Shown: positions 25,940-38,854, counted from the stretch's first letter. The stretch: DNA of 64,000 nucleotides from Octopus vulgaris (GCA_951406725.2 OX597814.1:6634001-6698000); one strand, 5' to 3'. The notes: generated from the letters alone by a model not told the origin. Made by a program: numbers and translations.

Positions 25940-26785
25940 TAGGATGCTCTGAGAGCATAGCTGCTAGAATAAGAATGGCCTGGGTAAAGTTCAGGAAGCT
26001 CCTACCTCTGCTGGTAACAAAGGGCTTCTCACTCGGAGTGAAATGTAGACTATATGATACCTGTGTGTGAACAACCATGCTACATGGCAGTGAAACATGG
26101 GCTGAGGACATGCGTAAGCTTGAAAGAAATGGAGCCAGTATGCTCTGATGGATGTGTAATATCAGTGTGCATGTATGACAGAGTGTAAGTGCCTTGAGAG
26201 AAAAGTTAGACATAAGAAGCATGAGATGTGGTGTGCAAGAGATGACTGTATTGGTATGGTCATGCGATGTGTATGGATGAGGACAGCTGTGTGAAGAAGT
26301 GCCAGACCCTAACTGTATAGGAAACTTATAGAATAGGTAGACCCAGGAAGACATGGGATGAAGTGGTGAAGCACGACCTTTGAACATTGGGTCTCACAGA
26401 GGCAATAATAAGTGACCAAGACCTTTGGAGATATGCCATGCTTGAGAAGACCCAACAAGCCAAGTGGGATCGTAACCATGGCCAATGCCAGTATCGCATA
26501 ACTGGCCCTTTGAAAAGCACCATTCAATTGCTGGGCAATATGCTGTGCTTGTGAAGACCTGTTGAACTGAGTGGGATCGTAGTCATGGCCGATGACAGTG
26601 CAGCCTGACTGGCACCTGTGCCAGTGGCATGTAAAAGGCACCCACTAAACCCTTGGAGTGGTTGGCATTAGGAAGGGCATCCAGCTGTAGAAACCATAGA
26701 TCCTGGTGCTGGCTTGCCAGTTCTGCCAAGCTATCCAACCCATGTCAGCATGGAAAGCGAACATTAAACAATGACGACGATGATC
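25940..26785 (+). mobile_element. RTE family A 3' fragment
   Basis: GCSESIAARIRMAWVKFRKLLPLL...; family tail. Confidence 0.88.
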
Positions 26786-26894
26786 ATGATATATTATGTG
26801 GTTGATAATATTTTTAACTGAGTTGTTACAATTGTATTTGATTGTTGAAGTGCTTCAGTTCTTTGCTATGTTCACATATCGACTTGATTCCAAA

Positions 26895-27300
26895 CTCTTT
26901 AACTCTTTTACTTATTTCAGTCATTTGACTGCGACCATGCTGGAGCACCGCCTTTTAATCGAGCAAATCGACCCCGGGACTTATTCTTTTGTAAGCCCAG
27001 TACTTATTCTATCGGTCTCTTTTGCCGAACCGCTAAGTAACGGGGACATAAACACACCAGCATCGGTTGTCAAGCAACGCTAGGGAGACAAACACAGACA
27101 CACAAACACACACACATATATATATATACATATATACGACAGGCTTCTTTCGGTTTCCGTCTACCAAATCCACTCACAAGGCCTTGGTCGGCCCGAGGCT
27201 ATAGTAGAAGACACTCGCCCAAGATGCCACGCAGTGGGACTGAACCCGGAACCATGTGGTTGGTAAACAAGCTACTTACCACACAGCCACTCCTGCGCCT
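26895..27300 (-). mobile_element. SINE family 1 (complete)
   Basis: Head AGGCGCAGGAGTGGCTGTGTGGTAAG on minus, CORE-like motif and tail. Confidence 0.92.
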
Positions 27301-27383
27301 AACAATCATTTCTCTTGTTGCTTTGATGTGCCATATTGCCAATAAAACTATTTGCATTTCTGTGGACATGGGTATGCTATGTA

Positions 27384-27948
27384 TTGGGTTGTCCGGTAAG
27401 TTCGTGCCGATTTTTAAAGGAAAGAAAATGGTCAATAAATACTTGCCATTACATTTTTAATCAACCAAATATGAACCATTTTGTAGCACAATGCGTCTCC
27501 ATCTTTCCTTAAACTTGAAATACCCTCTTCTCAGAATTGAGGTGGTTTCATGGCAAAGAATTAATCAAGGTATCTTTTTACGTCATCCAAAGAATTGAAA
27601 TTTTTACCATTAAGACTATTCTGTAGAGACCTGAATAAGTGGAAATTTGAAGGAACAATATCTGGTGAATATGGAGGGTGGGGTAACACATCCCAGTCGA
27701 GCTGCAGCAATTTTTGTCTGGTTCCCAAAGCATCAAATGCCAAAAACGAACTTTCTTATCTTCCATTTTAAAGGGTTACAGAATTAACACAGGTTATAGG
27801 AACATAAATCTTCTTCCACAAAAAGATAGCTTAAACTGTGCTTTAAATGGAGGTGTAGTGAAATCCTACTTTATGGACTCAATCATGTTAAAAAATAAGT
27901 CGAAAGGTAAGGTACTTTAAATCGGCACAAACTTTCTGGATAACCCAA
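27384..27948 (-). mobile_element. Internally deleted mariner transposon
   Basis: TIRs TTGGGTTGTCCGGTAAGTTCGTGCCGATTT and AAATCGGCACAAACTTTCTGGATAACCCAA, flanked by TA. The N-terminus MEDKKVRF is joined to the C-terminal HPPYSPDIVPSNFHLFRSLQNSL (YSPDL motif). Confidence 0.92.
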
Positions 27949-28054
27949 TATTTCAGAAAGGTATTTGCCAAACAAGTGATTTTATCCGAGAGGTTCTACG
28001 TTGAAACTAAAGCAATTACAGTTGGATGGAAGGTACGTAACCATACAATAACTC

Positions 28055-28092
<38 letters not shown>

Positions 28093-29232
28093 CACATGAA
28101 GGTCTGAGTCCTGTGAAGATGAGTTGGCTCCAATGAAGGAGGAGAAGTGCAAACACCAGCTGCACAAACCTGAACCTCATGGGACCATTCTGGTGGTAAG
28201 AAGGATTCTAAGACAGACCAGGGTCCATATTGGGACTGCAGGGGCTGTGGAATATCCAGTCTTTCAGAGGTCATCTTGATGCCTGCCCTCCTCGCATGTG
28301 TGAGTGCTGATGCGTTGAAAGCTCTCGTTTTGGGGCCTGCAGGGGACTGTCAAACCTCCCTCATCCAAATAGACTGGGTGGGGTTACCTGTTCAGTCACT
28401 GACAGCTCACCCATGAATTGGGGTATAGGTTATACAGTTACTGAAACGAACAGATGAAACTAAGAAAGTCAAATTATTAAAGTATGAGAAGAATAAGTTT
28501 CTCTTTGGTTAAAATTGGTGAAGACAGAGACCCAAACGAGCATAGCTTTGGGTTTTTTTTCGTTTCTTTGTTTGTTAAATAATTAATTTTTCCGAACAGT
28601 GTTGGATCAAATTAAAAGATTTGCAATGAATCAGAACTGAATGAACTCTGTTCTGTTAAGTCAAAATTGTCAGCCTTGCTAGCAGCCCACATTGAAGATG
28701 TGATGCTGTCACTGCTAAGAAAACAACTGTCATCACATGTGATTCGTTTACCAATGTAATTAGTTATTTATACGGTGAGTGAAGTAAACGAGCAAAGTAA
28801 TCAGATTTCTGCTGATTGTTCACTATGAACTGATCAGAAATTGATCTTAAATGTGGCATGAATAAATAATTACAAAATTAACATCAGTGCTGCAAATAGT
28901 GATGAAGAGAAAGGAAAAAAAAAAAGGAAAAAAAAAAAAGAGAGAAGAATATGAAGTTGGCAACTCTCCAAGAACGAATGGTGTCCGTCGAGTGGAATCA
29001 TTGCGAAGCAGTTGTTTTCTTGATGCCGGAAGCTTTTAGAATCAATAAAGTAAAATATTTGTTGAGAAACTGAGCAAACCATTTCACTTGAATGGTTCTT
29101 AGATGCTTGTCTGCATCTGGGTAAATGTTAACAGCTGCATAATCATCTGTGCAGCCATTGCAGTCGGCTAAATAAGCAGTTGCACTAATTTGTTGCGATT
29201 TGTGCATATGTTTAGGTTATTTGAAATTTGGA

Positions 29233-29966
29233 TTAACCCTTTCGTTACCATATTTCTGTTGAGATGCTCTGGGTTTCTTTCAATTACTTTAAATATAACA
29301 AAGAATTTAGTAAAATAACTTCGTTATCATTAAGCTAGTGTTAGGAACATAAATTGTGACTAAGGTTTGGAGGAAGATTTTAATTCAAAACTTATGAAAA
29401 CAAGACATTTGTACTACAAAGCCAGAGGTGGTTTCAGCCGGGTTGGTATCAAAAGGGCTAAGAATTGTTACTCTATTATATATTTTAACCCTTTCGTTAC
29501 TGTATTTCTGTTGAGATGCTCTGGGTTTCTTTCAATTACTTTAAATATAACAAAGAATTTAGTAAAATAACTTCGTTATCATTAAGCTAGTGTTAGGAAC
29601 ATAAATTGTGACTAAGGTTTGGTGGAAAGTTTTAATTCAAAACTTATGAAAACAAGACTTTAGTACTACAGGACCAGAATCGGTTTCAGCCAGGTTGGTA
29701 TCAAAAGGGTTAAGAATTGTTTCTCTATTATATATTTTAACCCTTCTATTAACATATTTCTGTTGAGATGCTCTGTGTTTCTTTCAATTACTTTAAATAT
29801 AACAAAGAATTTAGTAAAATAACTTAGTCGTCATTCAGCTAGCGTTAAGAACATAAATTGTGACTAAGGTTTGGTGGAAAGTTTTAATTCAAAACTTATG
29901 AAAACGTAGACATTTGTACAACAGAGCCAGAGCCGGTTTCAGCCGGGTTGGTAACAAAAGGGTTAA
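29233..29966. mobile_element. Three tandem piggyBac-type MITEs (~221 bp each)
   Basis: Each copy is TTAA-CCCTT...AAAGGG-(T/C)TAA, at about 29237-29457, 29489-29709 and 29741-29962. Confidence 0.9.
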
Positions 29967-32900
29967 ACAAGTGCTGCATTGTAAAGACAATCAATGCTTT
30001 CGGTGTTTCTAATGTAAGAAGGGAACAAGGCAGAGATAAGCAAATAGGAACAGGAGGAATATGAAGGTAAATTATGATGTTGTCTAAGCACCAAGTTAGC
30101 ACTGACTGACAATATTTAGGATCAAAGACATTCCAGCCACGACCAACTCTTTCTTCTACAGATATCTAGGATTACAGTATATATTTTCCTAATTTAAGAC
30201 AGTAAAGAAGGATTTGTGGATTTTAGCTGCTACTATTAGCATGTCAAGTGACCACATATGAGAATGATTGACTTAGAGAATGGATCATTTGACAGTGTTG
30301 ACAACCTTGAATGTGAACCTGCATTTTTGGGGTATGACATTAATCATATATTACGGAAAGGGAGTTTCTGGGTGGTTCCTAGTGTCTGGTTGACAATGGG
30401 CTTGCATAAGGATTCTGTCTATTTTAGTGTTCAGTTACATATTTTTACCTGTAATTAAATATGTTGGGAAATTCAATTTCAGGGCCCCATACAGGAGTAA
30501 CAGAGGCAAAGGTTGCCCAGTAACTATAATGTGTGTGTGTGTGTGTGTGTATGCGGTAGTGGGGGTATGGTGGTATACCCTGGAAAACCCAATTAAGTAA
30601 TAAAAGGCGCTGGATTACTGGCCCTACAGAAGCACTATCTTGCAGAAGTGAGCCTGTAGTCAATTTGTTAGGGGTCGGAAGCCAGTTAAACTGGAGAGGT
30701 AACTATGGTTTCATGTCCCCCTCCCCACACTCACCAACCAGCTAGTAAAGTGGCATCATATAAAAGCTAAAACAATGTGGAAAGGTGGTCCCTAGTCCCC
30801 TGCAAGTCAGTTGAACTGCTCCATTCTTCTTTTTTAGTTCTAGTAAAGATTCAGCAATAAGAACATGGTCATCAGCATGGAGGAGCTCCCAGAGGTAGCT
30901 TGTCTTGAATTCCTCTGGAGTAAGGACTGTTTGCCAACATAACACAGCATTCCTGGATTAGGACGAATGTTGCTGTAATTTAGCCCCAGGAGACATCATC
31001 TCCAGCTGGCTATACGACACAATCTGTGTCCTTATATTTTCGAACAAAGGAATCTAGCACCCCCGATAAGCTCAAAACAATATCTGTGTATCATGATTTC
31101 TGGGTTATTTCCCTTCATCAGCACAGAATAACTGTCTGGCTGGAGGTGGCGCTGCCAAATTCCCATTTGAAATATTTAGTTTTCAAAGTGACAACTAGTC
31201 ACTGATCTATAAATTAGAAAAGTACTATTTTTAAATCTCACAAAAAGATATTCAACAACAGTACTTTGTAGTAAAGATTGTTTGCCAACATTACAGCAAC
31301 ATTTGTCCTAAACCAGGACTGCCATGTTATGTTGGCAAACAATCTTTACTCCATTGTGAGATTTAAAAATAGTAATTTTCTAATCCTCTGTTATTGTCTG
31401 GGGACTGAGGACTGGTCTTTGGTGAACCCCTACTTGTATCCTGAATTCTTTGCTATACTCATTGTCAACCTTCACTTTACTGACAGCATCCCTGTACATG
31501 GCTTGTACAGTTCTCACCAACCACTTATCTATCCCTAGTTCCTCTCAGCAATCTCTCATTTATCCTTACATCCTGGTTGACAATTGACACACATAATACA
31601 CGATGTCTCAATTGTAGAACCATTCAACACTGGCAGAGACCATGACCATAGCTTGTGATGAGTGAAGATGATCATTGAAACCTAGGATTAGCTTGAAGGA
31701 ATTAATGAAGATTATGATTCAGAAAACCTGAAACGAGGGAACTGCATGGAAAAAGGGAGAACTGTAAACCTCCCAGAACAGATGAGAAGGAACTCAGAGG
31801 AAACCAAGAAAAAGCTAGAAAACTGAAAGGGGTACATGGAAAATCACCATTCAGTATTTCAATTCTCTGCAAGGTGATAAGTCAATATCTGGAAAGTGAC
31901 TTGAAGGATTATAGACTTAAGAAAATGTAGAAGAAAAGAAAAAGATTAAAAAGATACAAGAAAGAGGTGGCGCTGTAAAAATTGAATGTAAAAGTGGAAA
32001 AAAAAAAAAAAGAGCTCACATTGATAGGCAAAAGGATGGTGGAGGATTTTGGTGAAACTGCTTCCACAGATCTTTTTTATACAATCTGAGATAGAATTCC
32101 TTGACTGTCACAAGTGTTGGAAAAAGTATCAGAAATAGTAAGAAATAGAGGAGAGCAGCTGTGGAAAGACATCATTCAACATTTTGATTAAAAAAAAGTG
32201 ATGAAAAATATCTTCACGGTGGAAGAAATTGAAAACTCTTTTGCTTTATAAGTGACAGAAAAGATCTGCAATGAATATGGGAAATGATTGGTGGGGGGGG
32301 GGGGAGTGCAGAAAACAACGAAGAAGATGACTGCAAAGATTGCCCAGAAATTCCAGTCATTTAGCCTCATTTTCTTGTTCCTTTACACAAAATAATGAAC
32401 AGTATTTCTAATAACATTTTGAATGTTTAAAAATTTCATTAGGCCTTTTTTTTTTTAAATCTACATTTTATTAAATTATAACTTAAAAACATAGTTATGA
32501 GATAGAGTTTAAAAATGTATAAAATATTTTTGAGTTAAGTATTTGAACTGCAATAACTTGTCAAAAGGTTTTAATTGTCAATAAAAAAAACCCAAAACAT
32601 CCAAATGTTTATTTTGAGAACTGAACCAAACGCAGAGCGCCAGTCATGTCTGTGAATCTACATTCAATAAAATGGTGCTGTTTATCATTTAACTGTCATT
32701 ACTCTCATAGTTTTAAAGCAGAGATGGACTTTGGTGGAAATTCGAATTACATTATAACAACCAAAGCATGTAATTCTTACACATTAACAATTATTTTTTT
32801 ATGTATTATTTTCCATGTCACTTGTTAGTCAATAAAAATTCTTTATTGATGTCAATTTTATCTGTGCTATCATGAAATGGCACCAGAAACACCTGATACT

Positions 32901-33016
32901 TTGACTGGCCAATTCGCCATTTAGCTTTACTATTATTCCAATCACTATTTATGGTCAGTGTTGTAGCTGTTGGAAATTTACACACAGAGATGCATACATA
33001 CCATACATACCATACA

Positions 33017-33048
<32 letters not shown>

Positions 33049-33069
33049 CACACATACATACATACTCAC

Positions 33070-33545
33070 ACAGAAATTAAGCTTCTCAAAACCAGAAAAG
33101 AGAAAGCTAATTCGAAGACCACAGATCCAATCCATCAATGGAACTGTAAAAATTTGTAAAACTTCCCATAAATTTATCATTTAAATATATATGAACATGT
33201 CTAGATATGTAGCTATATGCAGGAGAATACATACATAAAGCAAATTATACAAATCTGTGCATTTACATGCAAGCATGCATGCATGCATACATACATACAT
33301 ACATACATACATACATACATACATACATACATACATACATACATACATACATACATACATACATACATACATGCATGCATGCATGCATGCATACATACAT
33401 ACATACATACATACATACATACAAACAAACAAAACTACCCTGTTGATGATGTTGAAATTCCAATGAAGGAGACTCGTATTTGAATTAGAAACTGCTTCTT
33501 TTCTTTTGGCGAGAAATCTTGAAATAAAACTGAATAATGACACAC
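33070..33545 (+). mobile_element. 3' end of a (CATA)n-associated R4-like retrotransposon
   Basis: Matches the minus-strand end of the 58.0-59.06 kb element; long internal (CATA)n at 33270-33422. Confidence 0.8.
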
Positions 33546-33950
33546 CTACATTTTACCAACCATATCTTATCAATCTGTACCAGCAAGCTATCATTGGGAA
33601 CAGTAGCATTGCCCACTGGTTAGCTCCGGCAGAAACAAAATTGATCCCTGGATGCAGAACCACCCACATGGCAAGAAACTACCAGCCAATTGCATGCCAG
33701 AACTTAATGTGTAAGATATATACAGCATGTTTAAACCTTTTCCTCCGGGGCCATTGTGAAATCAATAACACTATCACAGCAGAACAAACAGCTGGGAAGA
33801 AGGGAGTCTGGGGATGTGCCGAGCAGTTGCTAATCAACAAAATTGTGAGGTGAGAGGTGTGAGAGCCTAGGAGGAACTTAATTTCAATGTGGCTAAGCTA
33901 CAAGAAAGCTTTTGACTGTTTCCCACTCATGGATGCTAGAAGCCTCGTTT
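33545..33950 (+). mobile_element. R4-like RT fragment
   Basis: HWLAPAETKLIP..NYQPIACQNLMCKIYT..EQTAGKKGVWGCAEQLLINK. Confidence 0.8.
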
Positions 33951-34229
33951 AGTGAGGGATGTTGCTAATGAAAATGTTAACACTTTGATAATTGGACTGT
34001 GTCATTAATCCAGTGACTATGCTCACTGTAACTTTAGCAAGTTGAAGGTGTAGGCAATGCTATTTCAAGCAGGTTCATAGCCTGTAAAATATCTGTTGGG
34101 AATCAACATCTATAACATCCCAAGTGAACTTGGTTAGCTCTCCTTTCGCTAGTATACTAGGCGAAACTGCTAAACGACGTACAGGTGGGCGCTAGAAGCA
34201 TAAAACATACAAATCTGCACATACATATA

Positions 34230-34593
34230 GGAAGCACTCCGTCGGTTACGATGACGAGGGTTCCGGTTGATCCGATCAACGGAACAGCCTGCTCGTGAAA
34301 TTAACGTGTAAGTGGCTGAGCACTCCACAGACACGTGCACCCTTAACGCAGTTCTCGGGGATATTCAGTGTGACACAGAGAGCGACAAGGCCGGCCCTTT
34401 GAAATACAGGTACAACAAAAACAGGAAGTAAGAGTGAGAGAAAGTTGTGGTGAAAGAGTACAGCAGGGATCACCACAATTTTAGGTGTTTTCGCTCAATA
34501 AACACTCACAACGCCCGGTCTGGGAATCGAAACCGCGATCCTATGACCGTGAGTCCACTGCTGCCCTAACCACTGGGCCATTGCGCTTCCACT
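34230..34593 (-). mobile_element. tRNA-derived SINE family 3
   Basis: Reverse complement of the 53798-54177 element. Confidence 0.88.
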
Positions 34594-34899
34594 GCACATA
34601 CATAAATACATGCATACATGAATGCATGTATGCATGCATACATACATACATACAAAAATACCCTGTTGTTGATGTTGAAATTCCAATGAAGGAGACTTGG
34701 ATCTATGATGTAAATGATGTCTTCAGTGTTAATTCCACAAAGTATTTAACCTCAAGATGGTTGCCCATGATGAATTCAGGTCAGGTATGGATTTAACCAG
34801 ACTCTCTGGAACTTGTATGTGTGTATTTATGTACTCATGCATATATGTGTGTATGCATGGATACATGTATACAAGCATGCATCTATGTATGTATGTGTA

Positions 34900-35320
34900 T
34901 GTTCCCATGCCTGTGCTGTTGTGTGCCAACAGAGGGCAGCACATAATTGCAAGCAAAGTGAGAGCAAGGAATGACCTCCATGAGTCAGTGTGCCAAGTGA
35001 CACTGCTGTGTTGTGCCATTTGTGTTTTTGCAGTCATATGTATGCTGTAGTCTGTGATTTTTTTTCATGGATAGGAACAAAGTGAAGTTGGCTACAGGGA
35101 TATTGAACATGCTTCAGCAAGCTTATGGCAATGAGGCAATGGGTCGTATGCAATGTCTTGAGTGGTATGAGTGTTTCAAAAGTAGAAGAACATCCCTGGA
35201 AGACGATGAGCAATCTGGAAGACCTGCCGTGAACATCACCCCTAGACATGTGGTATTGTGCATTGAGTATTCATCTCCCAGGGCCAGACCATCAATTCAG
35301 GGTTCTACTTTGACATTTTA
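34900..35320 (+). mobile_element. Mariner transposase 5' relic
   Basis: LQQAYGNEAMGRMQCLEWYECFKSRRTSLEDDEQSGRP matches the mariner N-terminal HTH and GRP motif. Confidence 0.8.
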
Positions 35321-35324
35321 AAGC

Positions 35325-35800
35325 ATGTATGTATGCCATTGTTCAGTTTTATTTCAAGATTTCTTGCCAATAGAGAAAGAACCGGTTTCTAACCTAGATT
35401 CAAAACTCCTTCATTGGAATTTCAACAATCAAGAAGAGGGTATTTTTGTTTGTATGTATGTATGTATGTATAAATGCAGTTTTGTATGTTTTATGTACGT
35501 ATTCTCATGCATATAGCTACATATCTAAACATGTTCATATATATTTAAATAATAAACTTCTGGAAAGTTTTACAGATTTTTACAGTTCCATTGATGGAGT
35601 GGATCTGTAGTCTTCGAATTAGCTTTCTCCTTTCTGGTTTTGAGAAGCCTAATTCCTCAAGATTGGTATTTAGGTAGTGTGTTACAAATGCCGGTGCCCC
35701 CAATAATTACAGGTATAAACCTGAACTTGTCACCTGGATTGAGTAACTGCAGATTTCTCAATAGTTCAGCATAGGTGTTCTCTTTTTCACTGATCTTCAG
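35325..35800 (-). mobile_element. 3' end of a (CATA)n-associated R4-like retrotransposon
   Basis: EKENTYAELLRNLQLL..FIPVIIGG plus the family 3'UTR, flanked by (TATG)n. Confidence 0.82.
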
Positions 35801-36136
35801 CTTTATGTATGCATATATGTATGTATGTGTATGTATGCATGTGTATGTATGCATGTGTATGTATGCGTGTATGTGTATGTATGTGTGTATGTGTATGTAT
35901 GCATGTATGTGTGTGTGTGTGCGAGTGTATTATTATTCTTGAAGATATTGGTTCTGTCTTCTTTCTATACATAACAGATCAATAGATCAATCAGTCTTGT
36001 ATTATAAGGGTTAAAAAAAAAAGTGGTTTGTCTTCTTCTTGTGCAAAGGTTTTCCTCTCCAATAATTAATATAACAAAAGAATATTGTAAGAAAGCTATT
36101 GTTCGAGTAGAACAAACAGTGACTATTTATCTGCTG

Positions 36137-36168
<32 letters not shown>

Positions 36169-36644
36169 TAGACTGGTTCATTACATAAAGTAAATTACTT
36201 GATGAATAATTATTGGTGTAGTTCAATATTGGGTGATCAATTCTGTTTAGTTTAGAAGCAACCTGGAAAAGTAGTTGTAGCTGCCATACTTTCTCTAAAT
36301 GCCATTAGGGGACAAAAAACAAACACTCGATCATAATGTAATAGTTATGCGTAAGATTGAATTCTCCCTCAGTTTTTGCTTCTTATTTCCTTCATTATAT
36401 TCAGGACTGAGTTTCAATGACTTACCAGTTAATTAGTTGGATTATAGAATATGAAATATCTAAATGTGTCAGATCAGTTGTGGTAATTAAGATTATAATT
36501 ACCTGCAATAATTAATGTCATCTTAGTACATATTTTACATTATTTAAATTGACATTTTGACTTATTGGTTCAGCAACTGATTCCATCAAAGATCTATTTT
36601 GAGGTCTGTTCATGGTCGTAGACAAGACCTGCACCAGGAAGATT

Positions 36645-36986
36645 TATTTGCCAGCCTCCCCTGGCACCTGTGCTGGTGGCACATAAAAAGCACCATCTGT
36701 ATGTGGCCAATGCCAACACTGCCTTGACTGGCTTCCTTGCCGGTGGCACGTAAAAACCACCAACCAATCGTGGCCATTGCCAGCCTCCCCTGGCACCTGT
36801 GCTGGTGGCACGTAAAAAGCACCCACTACACTCATGGAGTGGTTGGCATTAGGAAGGGCATCCAGCTGTAGAAACTCTGTCAGATCAGAATGGAGCCTGG
36901 TGCAGCCTCCTGGCTTTCCAGTCCCTGGTCGAACCGTCCAACCCATGCTAGCATGGAACACGGATATTAAACAATGATGATGATGA
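36645..36986 (+). mobile_element. RTE family A 3' tail
   Basis: Family modules and (GAT)n. Confidence 0.88.
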
Positions 36987-37357
36987 AGGTATACAGTAAC
37001 AAGTGGTTTAGATCATAAGAACATCATTATTAATTTAATTTATATATGAAGGAGCACTCAGTCCAGTTACAACAAGGGTCCCAGCTGATTAACAGAACAG
37101 ATTGTTCATGGAATTAATGTGCAAGTGGCTGAGTACTCCACAGACACGTGTACCCTCAATGTAGATTCAGTGTGACACGGCTGGCTCTTTGAAATACAGG
37201 TACAACTCATTTTTGCCAGCTGAGTGCACTGGAGCAACGTAAAATAAAGTGTCTTGCTCAAGGACACAACACAATGCCAGCTACTGAACTCACAACCTTA
37301 CAATCATGAGCCAAATGCCCTAACCACTAAGTGTATATATACATATGTGTATATATA

Positions 37358-37443
37358 TATAAATTATAATGGTTATCGACAAAAAAATTTTTGTTTCGGC
37401 ATATTTGGCATTAGAATTTTTCTTCTGCCCTTATCTTGTAAAT

Positions 37444-37474
<31 letters not shown>

Positions 37475-37810
37475 TTTTTTGTCGATAACCATTATAATTT
37501 ATGCGTCTCGAAACAAACCGATAGAAATCTTAAAAAAATTTGTTATTACCGTATTGGTCCAATTTCGGGGTTAATTCATAAGAAATTTTCCCCTCCTCAG
37601 TGGCACATACACGAGATATAAATGAAATACTTATTCATACCCACGGAAGAAGCAAGCACCAAGTCCCGAGCAGACTTAAGTACCCCAAATATATCCAAAA
37701 TAGAAAAATCTTAGGCGCACCTCGAGACACGTGTGATTCGAACTAGAAACTTTCACAGAGTGATAGAATTCGGAAATGAAACACTAATAAATTAGTGTTT
37801 CACAATTATA
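37358..37810. mobile_element. Unclassified, possibly Penelope-like, insertion with an inverted terminal segment
   Basis: Inverted repeat 37358-37392 / 37469-37502, (TA)n flanks, and a minus-strand GGGC...GCCGAAAC motif. Confidence 0.4.
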
Positions 37811-37899
37811 AATATATATATATATATATATATACATACACACATATATACATATGTATATATACACTTAGTGGTTAGGGCATTTTATTTTTATATATA

Positions 37900-38212
37900 T
37901 CACTGTGATCACCATGACCAACCAGGCCATCAGATGTTGTTACACATCACTGGTCACAATGTGATTCGCATTGTTTTAGCCTTCAAATGACACCAGCCCG
38001 CAGGCTAAGCGAGCAGGCCAGCAGAAGAAAGAGTGAGAGAAAGTTGTGGCGAAAGAGTACAGCAGGGATCACCACCATCCCCTGCCGGAGCCTCGTGGAG
38101 CTTTAGGTGTTTTCACTCAATAAACACTCACAACGCCCGGTCTGGGAATCGAAACTGTGATCCTACGACTGCGAGACCGCTGCCCTAACCATTGGGCCAT
38201 TGTGCCTCCACA
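37900..38212 (-). mobile_element. SINE family 3 variant
   Basis: Head GTGGAGGCACAATGGCCCAATGGTTAGGGCAGCGG on minus. Confidence 0.85.
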
Positions 38213-38340
38213 CACGCACGCATGTATGTAAATTTTAAATAATAAGGGTGAAAAATTGAATATTAATTTGATTAATATCAATTTAAAACCAGTGGTCTAG
38301 CATATTGAAAAATCTGAAGATTCAGAAAAAGTTATATTAC

Positions 38341-38552
38341 ATACATATAAGTGGGAAGACCACTAAGTGGACATCCATTGTGCTAGAAGAAGACCCCCTA
38401 TGGACTTATCACTAAGAAAGGATTGTTCTCAAGAAAATTTCTGGTGTTTGCTAAATTTTCTTGAGAACAATCCTTTCTTAGTGGTAAGACCATAGGGGGT
38501 CTACTTCTAGCATAATGGATGTCCACTTAGTGGTCATTCCCCTTATATGTAT
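38341..38552. repeat. Long hairpin: 100-bp arms, 12-nt loop
   Basis: Arms 38341-38440 and 38453-38552 differ at 7 of 100 positions by manual comparison. Confidence 0.95.
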
Positions 38553-38574
38553 ATATGTATGAATGTATATATAT

Positions 38575-38854
38575 AAAACTTAGATATGTTTCCACCAGAG
38601 ATTGGTCCAGTCCATATCTAACTTAACAGCACCACCTGATAGGATTATCTAAATCCTTTTTAAGTCAAGTTTTGTGGTATTATGGTCCATTCAAGTAGTG
38701 AATTCTTGTTGAATGAGTTGTATCCAGGTATGGGTGGCTTATCTGGTATTCCATGAAGAAATTTGTCCAAATTTCGTTTAAAGGTGATGGGATCCTTTTC
38801 CTCTTTGATCAGTTTTGGGTCAATGTTAAACAGGGCAGGGCCTGTTGAGGAAAA
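38575..38854 (-). mobile_element. CR1-group LINE extreme 3' end and 3'UTR
   Basis: Minus strand encodes FKRNLDKFLHGIPDKP followed by UTR; it continues the plus copy at 39.8-40.3 kb. Confidence 0.75.

Noticed and set aside
29233-29966. Repeat-spacer pattern resembling a CRISPR array (also 8799-8886 and the RTE 3'UTR modules)
   Set aside because: Eukaryotic context, spacers identical or absent, no cas genes; explained by MITE/LINE structure.
32893-32966. Possible minus-strand internal exon TTLTINSDWNNSKAKWRIGQSKYQ
   Set aside because: Poor donor (GTGTTT), acceptor abuts a microsatellite, and no homology recognised.
33181-33543. VCMY and HTYI repeat ORFs
   Set aside because: These are the (CATA)n microsatellite.
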